Origin: Vezdaea acicularis
Taxonomy: Eukaryota
Length of the DNA: 43,739 nucleotides
Reading direction: 5' to 3'
Assembly (NCBI GenBank): GCA_026025075.1
Contig: JAPEUI010000030.1
Location: 124,001-167,739 of the forward strand
Position numbers and translations under genes: made by a program. This document shows positions 21,601 to 35,066 of the stretch, piece by piece; the stretch's first letter is position 1; each line of letters begins with the position of its first letter. The notes under the pieces were generated by a model. It saw nothing but the letters and a program-made list of their open reading frames with translations. It ran no database searches and was not told the DNA's origin.

Positions 21601-24370
21601 CTATAGGTGGACTTTCATCACCTCCCTGGTGGTGTTCCGTTATGATGAGTGACGCTTCCCATGATAATAGCTGTAGCGCCGTTTAAACATTTCTGTGCTT
21701 TTTTTTGAGGAGGATACGTCAGATGAAGGCTATTTCGAACGCCAAATGCATCTGTCTTTGAGGTTAGGATATCAAGAGTATCTAGCGAACTGCTGCTCAA
21801 AGGAACATGAAAGCATAAGAGCACAGCAAGATCAGATAAAGTAATCGCACAAGACACTCTTGGAGAAGGGCGGGGTCTTCGGTAGAGACAGGGACGAGGA
21901 CGCGTACGAAACGCCGATGCTTCTGACAGCTTGAAGATCCCGGTCGTCATGCTTTGAGTAGCACAGAAGCTACGGGCATTTGCCAAAATGCTGGAATTTT
22001 TGCACCAATCGCCACTGATCTCAAATGACAAGCGAGAAGAGGAACACCAGTCGACAGATGCAAGAACAGACCAAACGGGTAGTCAATCGACTAAGACAGG
22101 ACGCAAGCCGAATGCCAATCAATAGTACGTTGCACAGATGCTAATACCGACGAAGGGGCGACGGTGAGAGATGACCGGCTTAGGTGAAGGAGGGAAAAGA
22201 AACGCGTCTGGCGGCGATGTGAGTGGAAAAAGAGTGGAAACGATGCTTGAGCTCCGAGACCCTGTTTCGCTTTCAATGTTTGGCCGCACTGCTATCTCCG
22301 CTCTTTTCCTTTTTCGACCAGCTGCTGCGGTGTCGAGAGACTAAGGATGATCGAAGGAGAGGGAACAGAGAGGTGCCTTGTACGACTGAGGGAGAAATAG
22401 GCTTCGCCATGGTGGCTCGAAATTTCTCCGACTCTCGGCAGGGGTGGCCTAATGGCCTCCTGTCCTATCGACCGTGCCCTCCACTTGCCATTACACCTCT
22501 CCCCCGCTCAGGGTTAGACCACTCCGCCTCACGCCTGGCTGACGCCGACCTCACACCTCCATCACATCACCGATTAACACCCCTGCTGTTGAAGCTTCAC
22601 AGCTGGATGGGGAGGCAGGCCGACAAGCCACCAAATCTAGTCACCTTGGAATGCCCCACTCCCCGGCATGGCATGCTGTGAGTTTCCAGACCCATCACGC
22701 CTCCGCAGTTCAATGTTTCGACTCCAAGCTTTCCTTCTAACCCTTTCCCGCCTCAGCAAAGCACGGAGGTATGGAGGACCTTGCCGCCGTCTGTTCGTCC
22801 TTGACACATATCAACCTTTCTCGGGGCACCTAATACGGGCCTTGCCGCATGGATCAATTCCTTGCCCCTCGCAACCTCCCTAGCTGCCCGCCGACCCGCC
22901 CCGGCCTCGATCTTCATCTAAGCAGCCAGTCTGCGCTTCATCGAGCACGCTCATAGCTAACGGCTTCATCCAGGAGCTTATGCATAACGGAAGATTAGAT
23001 AGTGGAATCTCTAGTCTGGAGATTCCGATTGACGCCCCTTCCGGCTGTTAAAGACAAGAACTCCCGTCGATCTCATTGTCCGTCCGTGAAACATTCTATT
23101 GCGCAACTACCGTTCTGGCCCAGGAAAGTCTATCCGGCCGGCTGGCCTTCTAGTGACGATCGGCCTCAACGCTATTTCTCAAGTGGTCCTAATGCGAGCG
23201 CGCACTCTCTGCCTCTAATCGCGCGCTCTCTCCATACTCGTGGGCCGTTGGGTAGGCCGTTCACCGTCACGGACTCGAGGAGCCACTTAGGGCCATCGAA
23301 AAACGTTTAAGGCTAGGCTCATAAGGGAAGAAAATAAAAGTGCATATGTGGACAGTAGCCAGTGCACCTGCAATATATCCATGCTGTCGGGACAGCGCCA
23401 GGACTGTCATTCGTATTCTCTCCCCCTCTAACTTTGTGTGCTCGCGCCTGGGCCCCCAGCGAGCCATCAAGTTGATCTTAGGCTTTCAACCAGGCGAGAT
23501 CGCTCGATCTCCTCCTCGACTGAGAAACTGTTAGCCTCTCGGCCTCGAAGCCCTGGAGTCCCTATCATCTGCTCAAGCAAATCCCTAGGAAGCCGTCAGC
23601 GGGCCGTACACCACCAATCGTTCGCCCGTCCTAAGGCGATACTCAAGATCGGCGCCTGCCCATTGAGTTGATGTGCTTGCCTTTTGTCGAGTCGTGATTT
23701 CAGCGCCCATTTGCGCCACTACACGCCGATGTGAGCAAGGGTACTGGTCAGGGAAAGTCGAGACGATCTCCAAAGCATCCGCTTCGAATCGATAAGGTGC
23801 AACTACTTTAGCCAAGTACGCTATATTCTCCGAATTGTATTCTAGAAGAGCGAGCTAGGAAAGAAACGAAATAAAGAACGTCAGCGAATCTCCCCAGTCG
23901 AGCAATTATCCCCCGACCCCTGAAGATTCCAGCGGGTCCACAAGACGTTGGAAACGGCTGGAGCCGCTGCGCCGTTCTCCCTGGTAGAGCGCCTCTGAAG
24001 TCTCAGGCTTCACGAACAGAAACGTACTAGCATCGTTCAGTCTGACATGGGTTTGCGTGATACCTGCCACTTCCAAATACGAAGCCCTCCTCCAAGCGTA
24101 CATGTTCTGGTACGCAAAGGCTTGATCACGCAAACACATCTTACCCAAGGCGATTGTCAAGACCCATTTGTTTTCTGCGTTAGAGCAATCAACATCGTGG
24201 ATCGAACTTGACAAGTCATGCGAATATTGCATTCGCCATATCATCAGCCGAAGATAGATAGGAGTCTTTCATCTGTTGGCTATAAGGATCGCCCGGCAGA
24301 TATTTTTCACGGCTCGTCCTTGAGCGGCTCTATCCGGTTGACTCGTCTGTTCAAGGCCTCGATATTGCCC

Positions 24371-26715
24371 ATGGGAGACTCGAAACCGCCCAGAGTGCGA
24401 CGGAAGCAATTAGGTGGAGCTGAGCATGTAAAGCACCGCCGAACGAGGTCTGGCTGCTTTACCTGCCGTTCAAGGCGAGTAAAGGTATTCTAAGGCTCTC
24501 GTCCTGTTCGTCGCGTTGCTTGTTGATATGTGATCACCCTGCTAACGCACATCTCAACCTCCAGTGCGATGAGGCCCAGCCTACCTGCGAAAGTAATCTC
24601 TCAATTGAGGATCTAATCCTAAAGCTTGCTGACTTGAGTTACGTAGGGTGTCGTAAAGGTAGCCGAGAATGTATATACCCAGAACCATCTGCAAAGTCTA
24701 AGTTGGGCCCGCGGAGGAACTCAACCCATAGTTCAGTATCATCTGAAGGAGGCCTTGAAGATGGTGACGGTGATGATGATGACGACGAAATGGCTGAAGC
24801 TGATGGGGAGGGAACAGCGGTTAGGAGGAAGAGCTCCTCTTCCGTAAAGACCAGAGAATCACCCGCAAAAGCATCCAAAAAGCCCTCCCCTAAGCTTGAA
24901 TTAGCTCGGAAAATATCCGAAACACCTTCACTGATGCCTGATAAAAGCCCCACTCCGTCAACGGAAGGTTCAATAGCGCTATCAGCGACGACAATCGGGC
25001 CAGTAATTCCTAACCGATTAATAAGTCCATGGACCGAGTCTTTACCTTTAGATGCAAGCAGCTATGGACGAGTTAACTGGTCACATCTCCCCTCAAATCT
25101 ACAATTTTACCTACATTACCACGTTACGCATCTCACACATCACCATTACTCACTCAAACATGATTCAACCGACTTTTTACGGACCACACTGCTTGAAATT
25201 GCCATAAAGAACTGGCCACTGCTTTATTCCGTTGTTGGCTTCGCTGCCTTTCAACACACTCTCACTCATCCTAATGGTAAATTAGAGGATTTCCTGGGAT
25301 TCTATAATCAGTCGGTATCCCTATTGCGAGAGTCCCTACGTAAGAATCGAAAGCATACAATCGCGACCTTAATGACAATATTACAACTAGCCACAATTGA
25401 GGTATGTGGGCCATATGCCTAGAAAATTGGGTGCTTACGTTTGTTCAGGAGTTCCTTGGAGATTGGGTTAATCTTCTTGGACACCAGCGGGCATCGTACG
25501 AAATCCTTATCAAGCTGTTCACTCCTGAAACCGTGACAGCAACTGAAATGAGCCGAGTAGTGTTTGGATGGTATTCGAGATTCGATGTCTTTGCAGGCAT
25601 CATGGCAGCGCAGGAGACGGTACTGGGGCGAGAATGGTTATACTCCTTGCACCAATATCACCTGAGCAAAAGCCAGATGGAGCCCGACAACATTGACCAC
25701 AAGGTTGAAGCAAAAATCGCCGAAACGAGACTTCTTGGAGTTGACCTAGCTTCACTATTCGCTCAGCTATCGAATGGCAACGTCACTCGAGAAGCTTTCT
25801 TGCATCGTAACGCAGCATTAACTCAGCAAATCGCTGCTTGGGGAACCACCATTGACCCCATGCTGCAGGATTCGAAGTACCGCGTCAATTCATTTGAAGG
25901 GACCTCTACGGTGGAATCATCGTTATTTGCGAATTCATACAATCCTAACATTTACAAAGGTCCGATATGGTCGATGAACTACGCGGTCGTTGATTGGTGG
26001 GCAGTTGACATGATGCACCGATACCAGACCTCTCAAGCACTACAAGTGCCGCCCCCAGAGGAATGCTTTAAGCTAGCAATGAAGACCTGTCAGGTGTACG
26101 AGGCAATACAGCAGTACCCCGACCGACCTCCGGGAGCATTACTTCCACTTCAGGCTTCCCTGGCCATGCTAGCACTCTTCCTGCCTTCAACGCCTCCCTA
26201 CACAATTTGGCTACGTCGCACCTTCGCCCAAATGGAGAGCATGGGGTAAGTTGCCACTACTTTTCAAAACACCCCTCAACATACATACTTACATGAAGTC
26301 CCCTATCCTCAGGTACATTTACCCCACCACCTTCCGCAACAAAATGGCGCTGCACTGGAACGACCCCGAGATTAACAACTGGTGGCTCCCCAATAACGAG
26401 AACTACCTCCCGATCATCCGATCCATCCGCTCCTTTGTCGAAGACCGCCGCACCCCCCCAAAAGATAGCACCGGCACCGACCTGCGCGATATGAAAGCTA
26501 TCTTCAGCAGCCTCAATCTGAAAGAGGGCGGTGTAGGCAGTAGTCATCAGCATAGTGAGAATGCGGCCGATGCAGTTGTCACGCCGGGCATGTTGCGGAG
26601 TACGGCCTTTGAAGAGGGCAATCTTACTTGGACGCCGGGTGGGGAGGCAGAAGGTATGAGATTCTGGGCAGATGATGATTTCGCGCAGGACTTTGGGGAG
26701 AGGGGAGGGCATTGA
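24371..26715 (+). CDS. Zn(II)2Cys6 transcription factor with C-terminal fungal TF domain. Exons 24371-24484, 24565-24592, 24647-25401, 25449-26245, 26313-26715; 5' end may extend upstream
   Basis: Spliced KHRRTRSGCFTCRSRRVKCDEAQPTCERCRKGSRECIYP; LQLATIEEFLGDWVNL; WYSRFD. Four GT-AG introns keep frame. Confidence 0.92.
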
Positions 26716-26734
26716 TAGGGTTGTAGGCATTGAT

Positions 26735-26900
26735 GGAGCATGGGAAAAGGGGGGAAGGAGCAAGAGGGAAAAACCATGGAAAGTGGAGAGAGCATGGGAG
26801 AAAGAATAGGAGGGAGCCCAGGGGAAAGCACATGGGGGAGCATGGGGGGAAAGAATAGGAGGGAGCATGGGGGAAAGTATAAGGTGGGGCATAGGGAAAA
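26735..26900 (+). repeat. Degenerate purine-rich minisatellite (GAGCATGGG...AAAG units)
   Basis: Recurrent ggagcatggg/agagcatggg units and two aaagaatagga units just 3' of the TF stop. Confidence 0.6.
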
Positions 26901-27573
26901 GGATAGCGGGCAGCATCGGGAGCGCATCAAGGGATCATAAGATGCCGCACGGAGGAAAGCATGGTTCTGGCACCGGTCGGCTGTAGATAGGTAGAAGTAG
27001 GCACCAAGTGCGGAGTAATGGGAGAACAACACCACAAGAGCCCGCCTTTATAATAAGACCCATTCTCACACTCAAAATCCCCGCCTACACCCCCATCCAC
27101 CCGAACCAGAACCCGAATCCCACCACAAACTTATCTCGAGCCGGCTGAAAAGACCAAACTCGATGACGCAGAGAGTGTTTGGAGATGGATGGATCGTCAG
27201 GTCCGCTTCTGTGATCTGGAGACGGGGATGGGAGGGCATGACGTGTGCGGTTTCTGCTATGGTTTTATGTGAGGGTGGTTGCTCCAGCTGAGCGGTGGCA
27301 TTGCTGGTGTACTGGGAAAAGGTGGGGGTGAGGGAGTGGTTCGGGTGGGAGGTGGTCCAGGCCATGGCGTTTGAGTTGTTGAGAGTCATGACCTGACTTG
27401 TTGGACCTAAGTAGGTGATCTATAATTTATTAATAAGAGGTCAATAACTGGGGAAGGGTCGGATTTACCTTCTATACCGCAAGCCACCACGCACGGTACC
27501 ATCCCTTCGATCCACCAGACCAAAGAATTATCCACCACGCGTGATACTGCAGGAAGAGCTTCCCAAACCGCTT

Positions 27574-28278
27574 TCAATCACTCGCCCCATACTCCTCTCG
27601 ATACTTCTCCAGCGCCGCCAACTGGTCCCTCTCCCCCCTCTCCTTTACCCACCCAATAACATCCGCCAACGTAAGTATCGCCAGGACCGGAACCTTATAC
27701 ATCTCCCTAACCTGCGCAATCGCGCTCTTCCCGCCGTTCTCAGCATCCACCCCCCCCGTCCTCTCCATCCGATCAAACGCAAGCACAACCCCCACCAACA
27801 CTCCCCCTTCCCGTTCAATAACAGTGACCGCCTCCCTAATCGCCGTCCCCGCCGTAATCACATCATCCACGACCAGGACCCTCTTTCCCCTAAGCGGAGC
27901 CCCCACGATACTCCCGCCCTCCCCATGATCCTTGACCTCCTTACGATTAAACGCATAACTCACGTCTCCGAACCTCTTCTCGTCGGCTTCGGCCAACTTC
28001 TCTAGAGTGGATGTGGCAAGCGGAATGCCCTTGTAGGCCGGGCCGAAGAGGACGTCGAAGGCGAAGTCTGGGTGGGAGGTTAGGTGGGCGAGGATGGTGA
28101 GGGAGTAGGCGGTGGAGATGGCGCGGAGGAGCAAGGCGCGGTGGAAGAGCCCGGCGTTGAAGAAGTAGGGCGAGAGGCGCTTGGATTTGAGTTCGAAGCT
28201 GCCGAAGCGGATGACGCTGGCCGAGAGGCAGGTGCTGAGGAAGGCGGATTTATGGGAGGGTGCTGGGTCGGTGGACAT
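27574..28278 (-). CDS. URA5: Orotate phosphoribosyltransferase
   Basis: FGSFELKSKRLSPYFFNAG, LFGPAYKGIPL, FNRKEVKDHGEGG, PRPP motif VLVVDDVITAGTA. Confidence 0.97.
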   Translation of the reverse strand: MSTDPAPSHKSAFLSTCLSASVIRFGSFELKSKRLSPYFFNAGLFHRALLLRAISTAYSLTILAHLTSHPDFAFDVLFGPAYKGIPLATSTLEKLAEADEKRFGDVSYAFNRKEVKDHGEGGSIVGAPLRGKRVLVVDDVITAGTAIREAVTVIEREGGVLVGVVLAFDRMERTGGVDAENGGKSAIAQVREMYKVPVLAILTLADVIGWVKERGERDQLAALEKYREEYGASD

Positions 28279-28860
28279 CGTAGAGGTGGAATGGGGATGT
28301 TGGGGGCTTCTGGCGGAGAGATCGTGTTGCGGACTGAAAGGGGAGTGTGAAGATAGAGGACAAGGCCCGGTGGATTATTTTACGTGAAGCTGGGGCCCAC
28401 CATGAAGCGAATATTGCACCACTGACACCCTTTTCATGCATTCGAGACAAGACCCTCTTAAAGCAGTTGATATAATGATTGATTTTGTGTAGAATATCTA
28501 GTCTATCTACAATCCCAGCACCATAATCGAATCCAATTGTAATTGTGGAATTTAAGAGCCGACCTCATGTGAAAAAGTGGAGCGACTCAAGCCTTGGAGC
28601 AGATGAGTTCTAATCGCTATTCTAAAGCTCTTGCAAGCACGAGCATTAAGGCCCGCCCAATTATTTAAGTGCTGGGCCACGTCGAAAGAGGTGTAGTAAC
28701 GCATTCAGGCCGCCTTTCCCTTGAAAATCATATCGACCCACCCCAAACGCCAAGTCTGTAGCGACTGAATGCTAGATGCTCTCACAAGCAAGTTGTGTCG
28801 AGGCCACGCTCATTAATTTCATTATCCACAGCCAATGCTTATCAACACACAGGGAAGCGA

Positions 28861-30328
28861 TCATGCAGCACCAGCTGTGACAACGGGTTCGGCGATCCGA
28901 GTGACCTGGCTACCAGCACGTATGATCTTTGCACCAGATGTATCGTTGACGAACGAGATGTCCTTGTTCTCCCGTTGAGCTCTCTTCCAGATCTCGACCT
29001 CGCAGCCACCACGGATAACGCCAACACGCATCGTGGAGAGGAGGTTGTGGGCAGCATTAGAGTGGTTGTAAACACCGCCGTTGAAGATGGCAGTAGCGTC
29101 CTTGCCAAGGCCAGACTTGATCATGGCTTTGCCACCTGGATGTTCCTGGATAAAGTCTGCAACGTCGTGGACAACACCAGCGACGGCAATGAGTGCTCGA
29201 CCATTCTTCGTCTGCTCTTGGTAGTCGTCCCATTCCATGACGGGAAGCTGTTCGAGAGGGACACCCCAGTCAAGCTTTGATCGTTTCTGGTCGAGCTTCT
29301 TCTGCTGTTGCTGAACACGACCCTTCTCAATCTCATTTGACTTGAATTGTTTAAGATCGTATGCAAGACCCATTTGCTTCCAAAGCCAGATCGACCACTT
29401 AGTAGGGTCATATTGGTGCCATTCGATAGCATTGCGGTAGTCCGAAGGGAACTCATGATGGAAGTTATGATACCCTTCACCAAGAGTGACCAGGGCAGTC
29501 ACGATATGGTCACGAGGCGAGTTGCGGTCGTCGAATGGCTGGTCGCCAAGCCAATGGGCCAACGAATTGACGCAGAAGGTAGCCTGCTGGACGAAGAAAA
29601 TTCGAAGGATGCCACCATAGATGAATCCACCGAACCAATCACCCCAACCAAGACCAGCGACGATGGTTGGGAAGATGAGACCCATGAAGATGACAACCTT
29701 GAGGTAATGACGATGTTGCCATACCACAACTGGGTCCTCGTTCAAATCGGAGATATCGGTACGGCCAATTCTCTTCGGGTTCTGCTTCATGACCATCCAG
29801 CCAAAGTGAGAGTATAGTAGACCCTTGCGGACAGAGTACGGGTCCTTTTCGGTGTCGGTGTATCTGTGATGGGCACGATGATCTCTAGCCCACCATCTCA
29901 CAGAGCCTTCGACGGCCCCGCCACCGACGGCAGCGAGGAAAATTCGGAGGGGAAGAGTCGCTGAGTATGATGTGTGTGCCCATAACCTGTGGTAACCTGT
30001 GTCAAGTTAGCAAGAGCTCATGGCATCATGTCTTGAAGCTTGACTTACCAGCTGTAATCCCAAGACCAGTTGCAAAGTAGTAGGCAATGGCAAAGAGAGC
30101 GGTCTGCCAGTAGAGCGGAGTCCAGAATGCTTGGATGAGCCCATAAATAGGGATGCCGACTATCAGGGTAACATTGAGCCAGTTGACGTGCTTGTACCAA
30201 TTAGCACTCGTCAGCTGGGTCTCGCTGATGTGAGGCTTCGCCGGGTCATATTTGGCGTTTCGATTTGGCTCGACCTTTCGTGCCATGCTTGAAGGAGGCA
30301 TTGACGCAAACTGAGGTGGAGTTGCCAT
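28861..30328 (-). CDS. OLE1: Delta-9 acyl-CoA desaturase with C-terminal cytochrome b5. Exons 30328-30049, 29996-28861
   Basis: His boxes [22 protein letters not shown]; b5 motif EHPGG; intron 30048-29997. Confidence 0.97.
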
Positions 30329-31520
30329 GGTCAAGGGCCAAGGAAGGAAACGGTCTTAGCTTTATCCTCGATGACCAGTCTGTTGTTGTGTTCAGAAGAG
30401 GAGTGTAAGTGAGAGAAGAGAGGGTGTGGAGTGAAGGAGGAATCTCGGAGATTTTATTCAAGATCTATGACCACTGTGTTCTGTGTGGGGTGCGTGCTGC
30501 GAGTCCTGCCGGTTTTCGAACACGGAAGGCGAACAAAATGTGCAGGGTACCAAGTCAGAGCTTGAGCTTTCGATCCATGGCGTTCGCACGGTTGGGGTAG
30601 GAATGGAGTTGCGAAGCAGAGGGGGGCGAATAGAAAGCGGGCGACTGCCTCGGAGGAATGGCGCCATGAGTGGCCGATAGGGCCAAAGGGCATGGCCCAG
30701 CATTCCAACGACACCGCCTGGAGGTGAAGCCGCGACGCAGCGCATCATCGTTTCGTTGAGCTTCCCAACAAACTCTTACCGGAGGCTCACCGGTAGATCG
30801 GGCCATGCAGGGGCCGCGGTTGCGCTAATTGGCCCGTCCAAGCGGGACCTTCCCCGAAGCGAAGGTCGCTTGTCGCTCTTACGCGGGACGCGTGCAGGCA
30901 CGAGCGTAGAGATGCCCCTCCACGCAATCTATGCAAGAGGTATCGAACGACGCTGTTGATGCATTGTCCCGTGCCGCGCGGGGCTCTCTAGACATCGTCA
31001 TGACTCTTAATAATTACTCCGAACCCGACAAGGACGACTGAAAGACCCAGAGATTCACAATGAAACATGGAGGATCCCGGTGCATCTGGCTCGTGGGGTG
31101 AGAGTACTTGTCGCTTCTCATGGCAGCCCTACGAAAATGTAACGGACGCTAGGATCCAGGGTTCAGGTTGTGCGTCGTCATCGACGATGGCCCACACGCC
31201 CAACATATATTCGACGCCTGTTCCAGAAACCTTTCAGATGTCAGATTGCCTGCACGTTCCATTGAACCTCGGCTACTCTATCCCACGTGGAAGTGTCAGG
31301 AATGATCGATGACAAAGCCCCAACACTCTGTGGCCGACAGATCTACGCGAATGAGCAGGCGACAGACTTGGCTCAATATGGAATGGATGCAGGTGTCACG
31401 CAGGCTAAACCCAAGAGGCATCAATAAGTAGTAGGGTTCTTGCAGCTGTCAATACATCTAGATTTGAGAGAATACTAAGAATCTATACCCCGCGCTTCCG
31501 TGCGATCTTATCTATATCGG

Positions 31521-31530
31521 ATCACGTGAT
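31521..31530. promoter_or_regulatory. Palindromic E-box ATCACGTGAT (bHLH: SREBP- or Cbf1-type) in the OLE1/permease divergent region
   Basis: Perfect 10-bp palindrome about 1.2 kb upstream of the OLE1 ATG; function inferred. Confidence 0.35.
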
Positions 31531-32380
31531 AATGGCCTAGCGGAGCGTAAATCAACGATTTTTTCCAAGGCATACACAAAGAGTAGGTTTTGGGCGTGTT
31601 GAAATGATTAGATAGTGCGTATCTAATCATTAGAGATGCTTGAATGCAGAACCAGATAGGGCACGTGACCTTCCAAGGCTTTCCGACCACATTGGCATCC
31701 CTTGGTGCAAATTGAATCTGAATCTTTCTCCTTCATTTTCAAAGCCTGTGGAGTCCAGAAATCTAAGTGCAGAGACAGTCTAGGCAATCCCAAAAGTCAT
31801 GTGAGTGCTTGGTCCGTGTATCTCACATTCTCGAGATGATTGGCCTGAGCCTCCTACTCGCCTAGGCTTTTCAATCATCCGGCCATATCGCTACCTGCTG
31901 CGGTCTATCTCTCGTCCAACTCTTACAAGTATCACGTTGTTGGAATGTTCTCTCTTGTAGGATGCCTTCGCCTCCAAAAGTCCCAGAAAACTCTACAACA
32001 AGGCATGGCTCTACTACGCGACACAAGGCCTCGCCGGATTCCGATACACCCTTATATCCTCAGTTGTCAACGCTGGGCCTCGCAGACAATCTCTTGGGAC
32101 AAGAACAAGACCGAGTTTTTGAGCCCCGGCATGTTCCCTTGGTTCTAATAGCACACTTGCCTTACCGAAAGTGGGTACACTCTCCATCCACTTGATGCGA
32201 AGGGAAAAGCACGGTGCGAGGTCGGACCGCAAGAAAAACTTCTGGATGTCATTCGGTAACCCAGCAGCCGAGGTCGTGGACCGAAATTCAAGATCCTTCA
32301 ACTCTCAATTCTATCAGGTATAAAGATGCAGGCAGGCCTGCTAGGGCGTCCGCACAACTTTAGCGAGGCGAATGTGGAGG

Positions 32381-32394
32381 TCGGAGGCAGCCGA
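32381..32394. promoter_or_regulatory. UaY-type site TCGG-N6-CCGA with nearby HGATAR (AreA-type) sites upstream of the purine permease
   Basis: tcgg-aggcag-ccga at 32381-32394; minus-strand HGATAR at 32311, 32467, 32834 and 32916. Confidence 0.6.
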
Positions 32395-33185
32395 TCCGCC
32401 TTCTATGAGAACCTCCAGATGACATCCGAATGCCGATCGCACACCAATGAGAAGCTCGGAAATCCCTTATCGCTGTCCTCCAACTCTGGATCTTCCCCAC
32501 GTTATAGCAGAGGTCCGATAACTCGGTTCAAATTTCTGTACCCAGACCTCATTCGAGCTGTGGACCTCTCAGGTCAGACTACCTCCCATTCGCATCGTTT
32601 GGCGAATACCGATGCGCCTAGCTGGGGTCGTGCGCACCCCGCCGCCATCAGAAGGAGCAAGAGGGCTCGTGAGATGGTTCTGCTCGCTGTGAGGGTCTGA
32701 CAGCCCGGGCTAGATCTGTGCCTTTATCCGTTTTTGCGCCAACTAGATGAAAGATGTGCATCGTGTATATCGCTTTGCGCCACAAGGAACGGCAAAGCTT
32801 CGGGGGCCATGGGGCTAATAGTCCCCGGAACTATTATCTATAAAGACAATCCGCCTCGCCCAAGATGGCCTGGGTCATCCAGAGAGACAGCAAACTTCAA
32901 TTGGATCCCTGACACCTATCAGCGGGGTACTGCAGATCATCTCCTTCTGTCAGACTGCCCTATACCTAGTCCGCGTTTTTGCCAAGGCCTCGTATCAGGG
33001 ACCTAAGATCCTCTAGCAGCTTCATGTCAGACTAAATTCATTCTTCTTCGCCACATATATATCTGGAAGTATAAGTTGCGCCCAAGACCATCGAAGCTCA
33101 CGCCGGACGTTACACAACAACGGAATCTACATAGTCGCCGAAGGTTCCACATAACCCTCAAAAGTGAACCAGATACACCTCCAAG

Positions 33186-35066
33186 ATGTCGGAAGGACCA
33201 GATAGGATCGGGCCCGATCATTCGCGCAAGCGGACGTATAAGGACAAGGCCCGAAGATTTGGAAAGGCCTTCACCACAAGGTATGCGTATTTTGCCTTTC
33301 AATTGAAGTGTTGCTAATGAATGCAGGGAGGGCCTCATTGGAGACTATGACTATAGCTTCCTCTTCAAACCTAACATCCCATTCATGAAGAAGTCGCGCA
33401 AGGTGGCCCCCTTCTTCGGCCTTCATGATAAGATGCCTATTTTCCTTGGGATGCTATTGGGCTTCCAGCACGCTTTGTCTATGTTGGCAGGAAGTGAGTA
33501 GCGATGGCCTCTAGCACTTTCAAGTGCTTACACTATTTAGTCATCACCCCTCCCATCATTATATCAACTGGGAGCGGCGCCAACTTCGACGCGGATACCG
33601 AGCAGTACCTTGTATCAACTTCATTGATCGTATGCGGGTTCCTATCAGCTATCCAGATTACAAGATTCCACTTCTACAAAACACGGTACTACCTCGGCAC
33701 TGGCTTGATATCCGTCGTGGGAACATCCTTTGCCATCATTCCAGTCGCAACTGGTGCACTTGCTCAGATGTACTCAAATGGCTACTGTCCCACAGGTTCG
33801 GACGGGACTAAACTCCCGTGTCCGAAGGGCTATGGTGCAATTCTCGGGACTGCATCTCTCTGCGCGCTTCTTGAAATCGGTCTCTCTTTTCTACCAGCAC
33901 GAGTCCTGAAAAAGGCCTTCCCACCCATTGTGACTGGGCCAACGGTCACACTCATCGGCGTGCACTTGATCCAGACAGGCTTTCAGAACTGGGCTGGAGG
34001 CTCAAACAGCTGCGCATTGCGGCCAACTAGTGGCATTTTTGAGCTTTGCCCAACTATTTTTGCACCAAAGGCTCTGCCATGGGGTAGCGCACAATTTATT
34101 GGTCTCGGATTCTCTGTCTTCATTAGCATTATCCTGGTCGAACGCTTCGGGTCTCCCATCATGAAGTCGACTTCTGTCGTCCTCGGCCTCCTGGTCGGCT
34201 GCATCATCGCCGGAGCCACTGGCTACTTTGATAAGAGCACTATTGACGCCGCACCAGCCGTCAGCTTCATCTGGGTCAAGACCTTCCCCCTTTCGATCTA
34301 CGGGCCGATAATCTTACCGTTGATGGCAGTCTACATCACGCTCATGATGGAAGCTATCGGCGACATCACGGCCACCTGCGATGTCTCCCGTCTAGACGTA
34401 GAAGGCGACCTCTTCGACTCACGTATTCAAGGCGGCGTCCTGGCCGACGGCTTCAACGGTATGCTCGCCGGCCTCGCAACCATCACGCCCATGTCAACCT
34501 TCGCTCAGAACAACGGCGTCATCGCCCTGACCCGCTGTGCCAATCGCAAGGCCGGCTACTTTTGCTGCTTCTTTTTGGTGATCATGGGGCTATTCTCGAA
34601 GTTCGCCGCTGCGCTCGTCGCTATTCCCAGCTCCGTCCTTGGGGGGATGACGACCTTCCTCTTCACCGCCGTGGCTGTCTCCGGCTTTAGGATCATCAGC
34701 ACGGTTCCCTTCACGCGCCGCAACCGCTTCATCCTCACGGCTGCCATGGCTATCGGCTTCGGCGCAACGCTCGTCCCGACATGGTTCTCATATGTCTTTA
34801 CTTACAAGGGCAACAATAAGGCAAAGGCCGGCTTCTTCGACGCTATCGTCTTGGTGCTCGAGACCGGCTTCGCCGTTGCGGGGTTCATCGCCATGGCGCT
34901 GAATCTCACGCTGAGCGAGGAGAATGAAGCGGAGGAGACGGAGAGCCTGAATGGCGATGTGGTTGACGAGAGGGGGAACTCGAGCGGGGAGATCAGTGCT
35001 GCGGAATTGGCAAATGAGAAGGGCACCACTACCGAGACGACTACTGATGGCATTTCAAAGGTCTAG
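33186..35066 (+). CDS. NAT/NCS2-family uric acid-xanthine permease (UapA/UapC-like). Exons 33186-33280, 33327-33493, 33541-35066
   Basis: GLIGDYDYSFLF, GFQHALSMLAGIITPP, EAIGDITAT, and the NAT signature TFAQNNGVIALTRCANR. Confidence 0.95.

Noticed and set aside
21640..21720. ATGATGA box C-like motif
   Set aside because: No convincing box D, terminal stem or rRNA guide seen.
27072..27389. 105 aa minus-strand ORF downstream of URA5
   Set aside because: No domain; could be a by-product of the C/G-skewed composition.
27541..29817. Long antisense ORFs over URA5 and OLE1
   Set aside because: Shadow ORFs produced by codon bias in the real genes.
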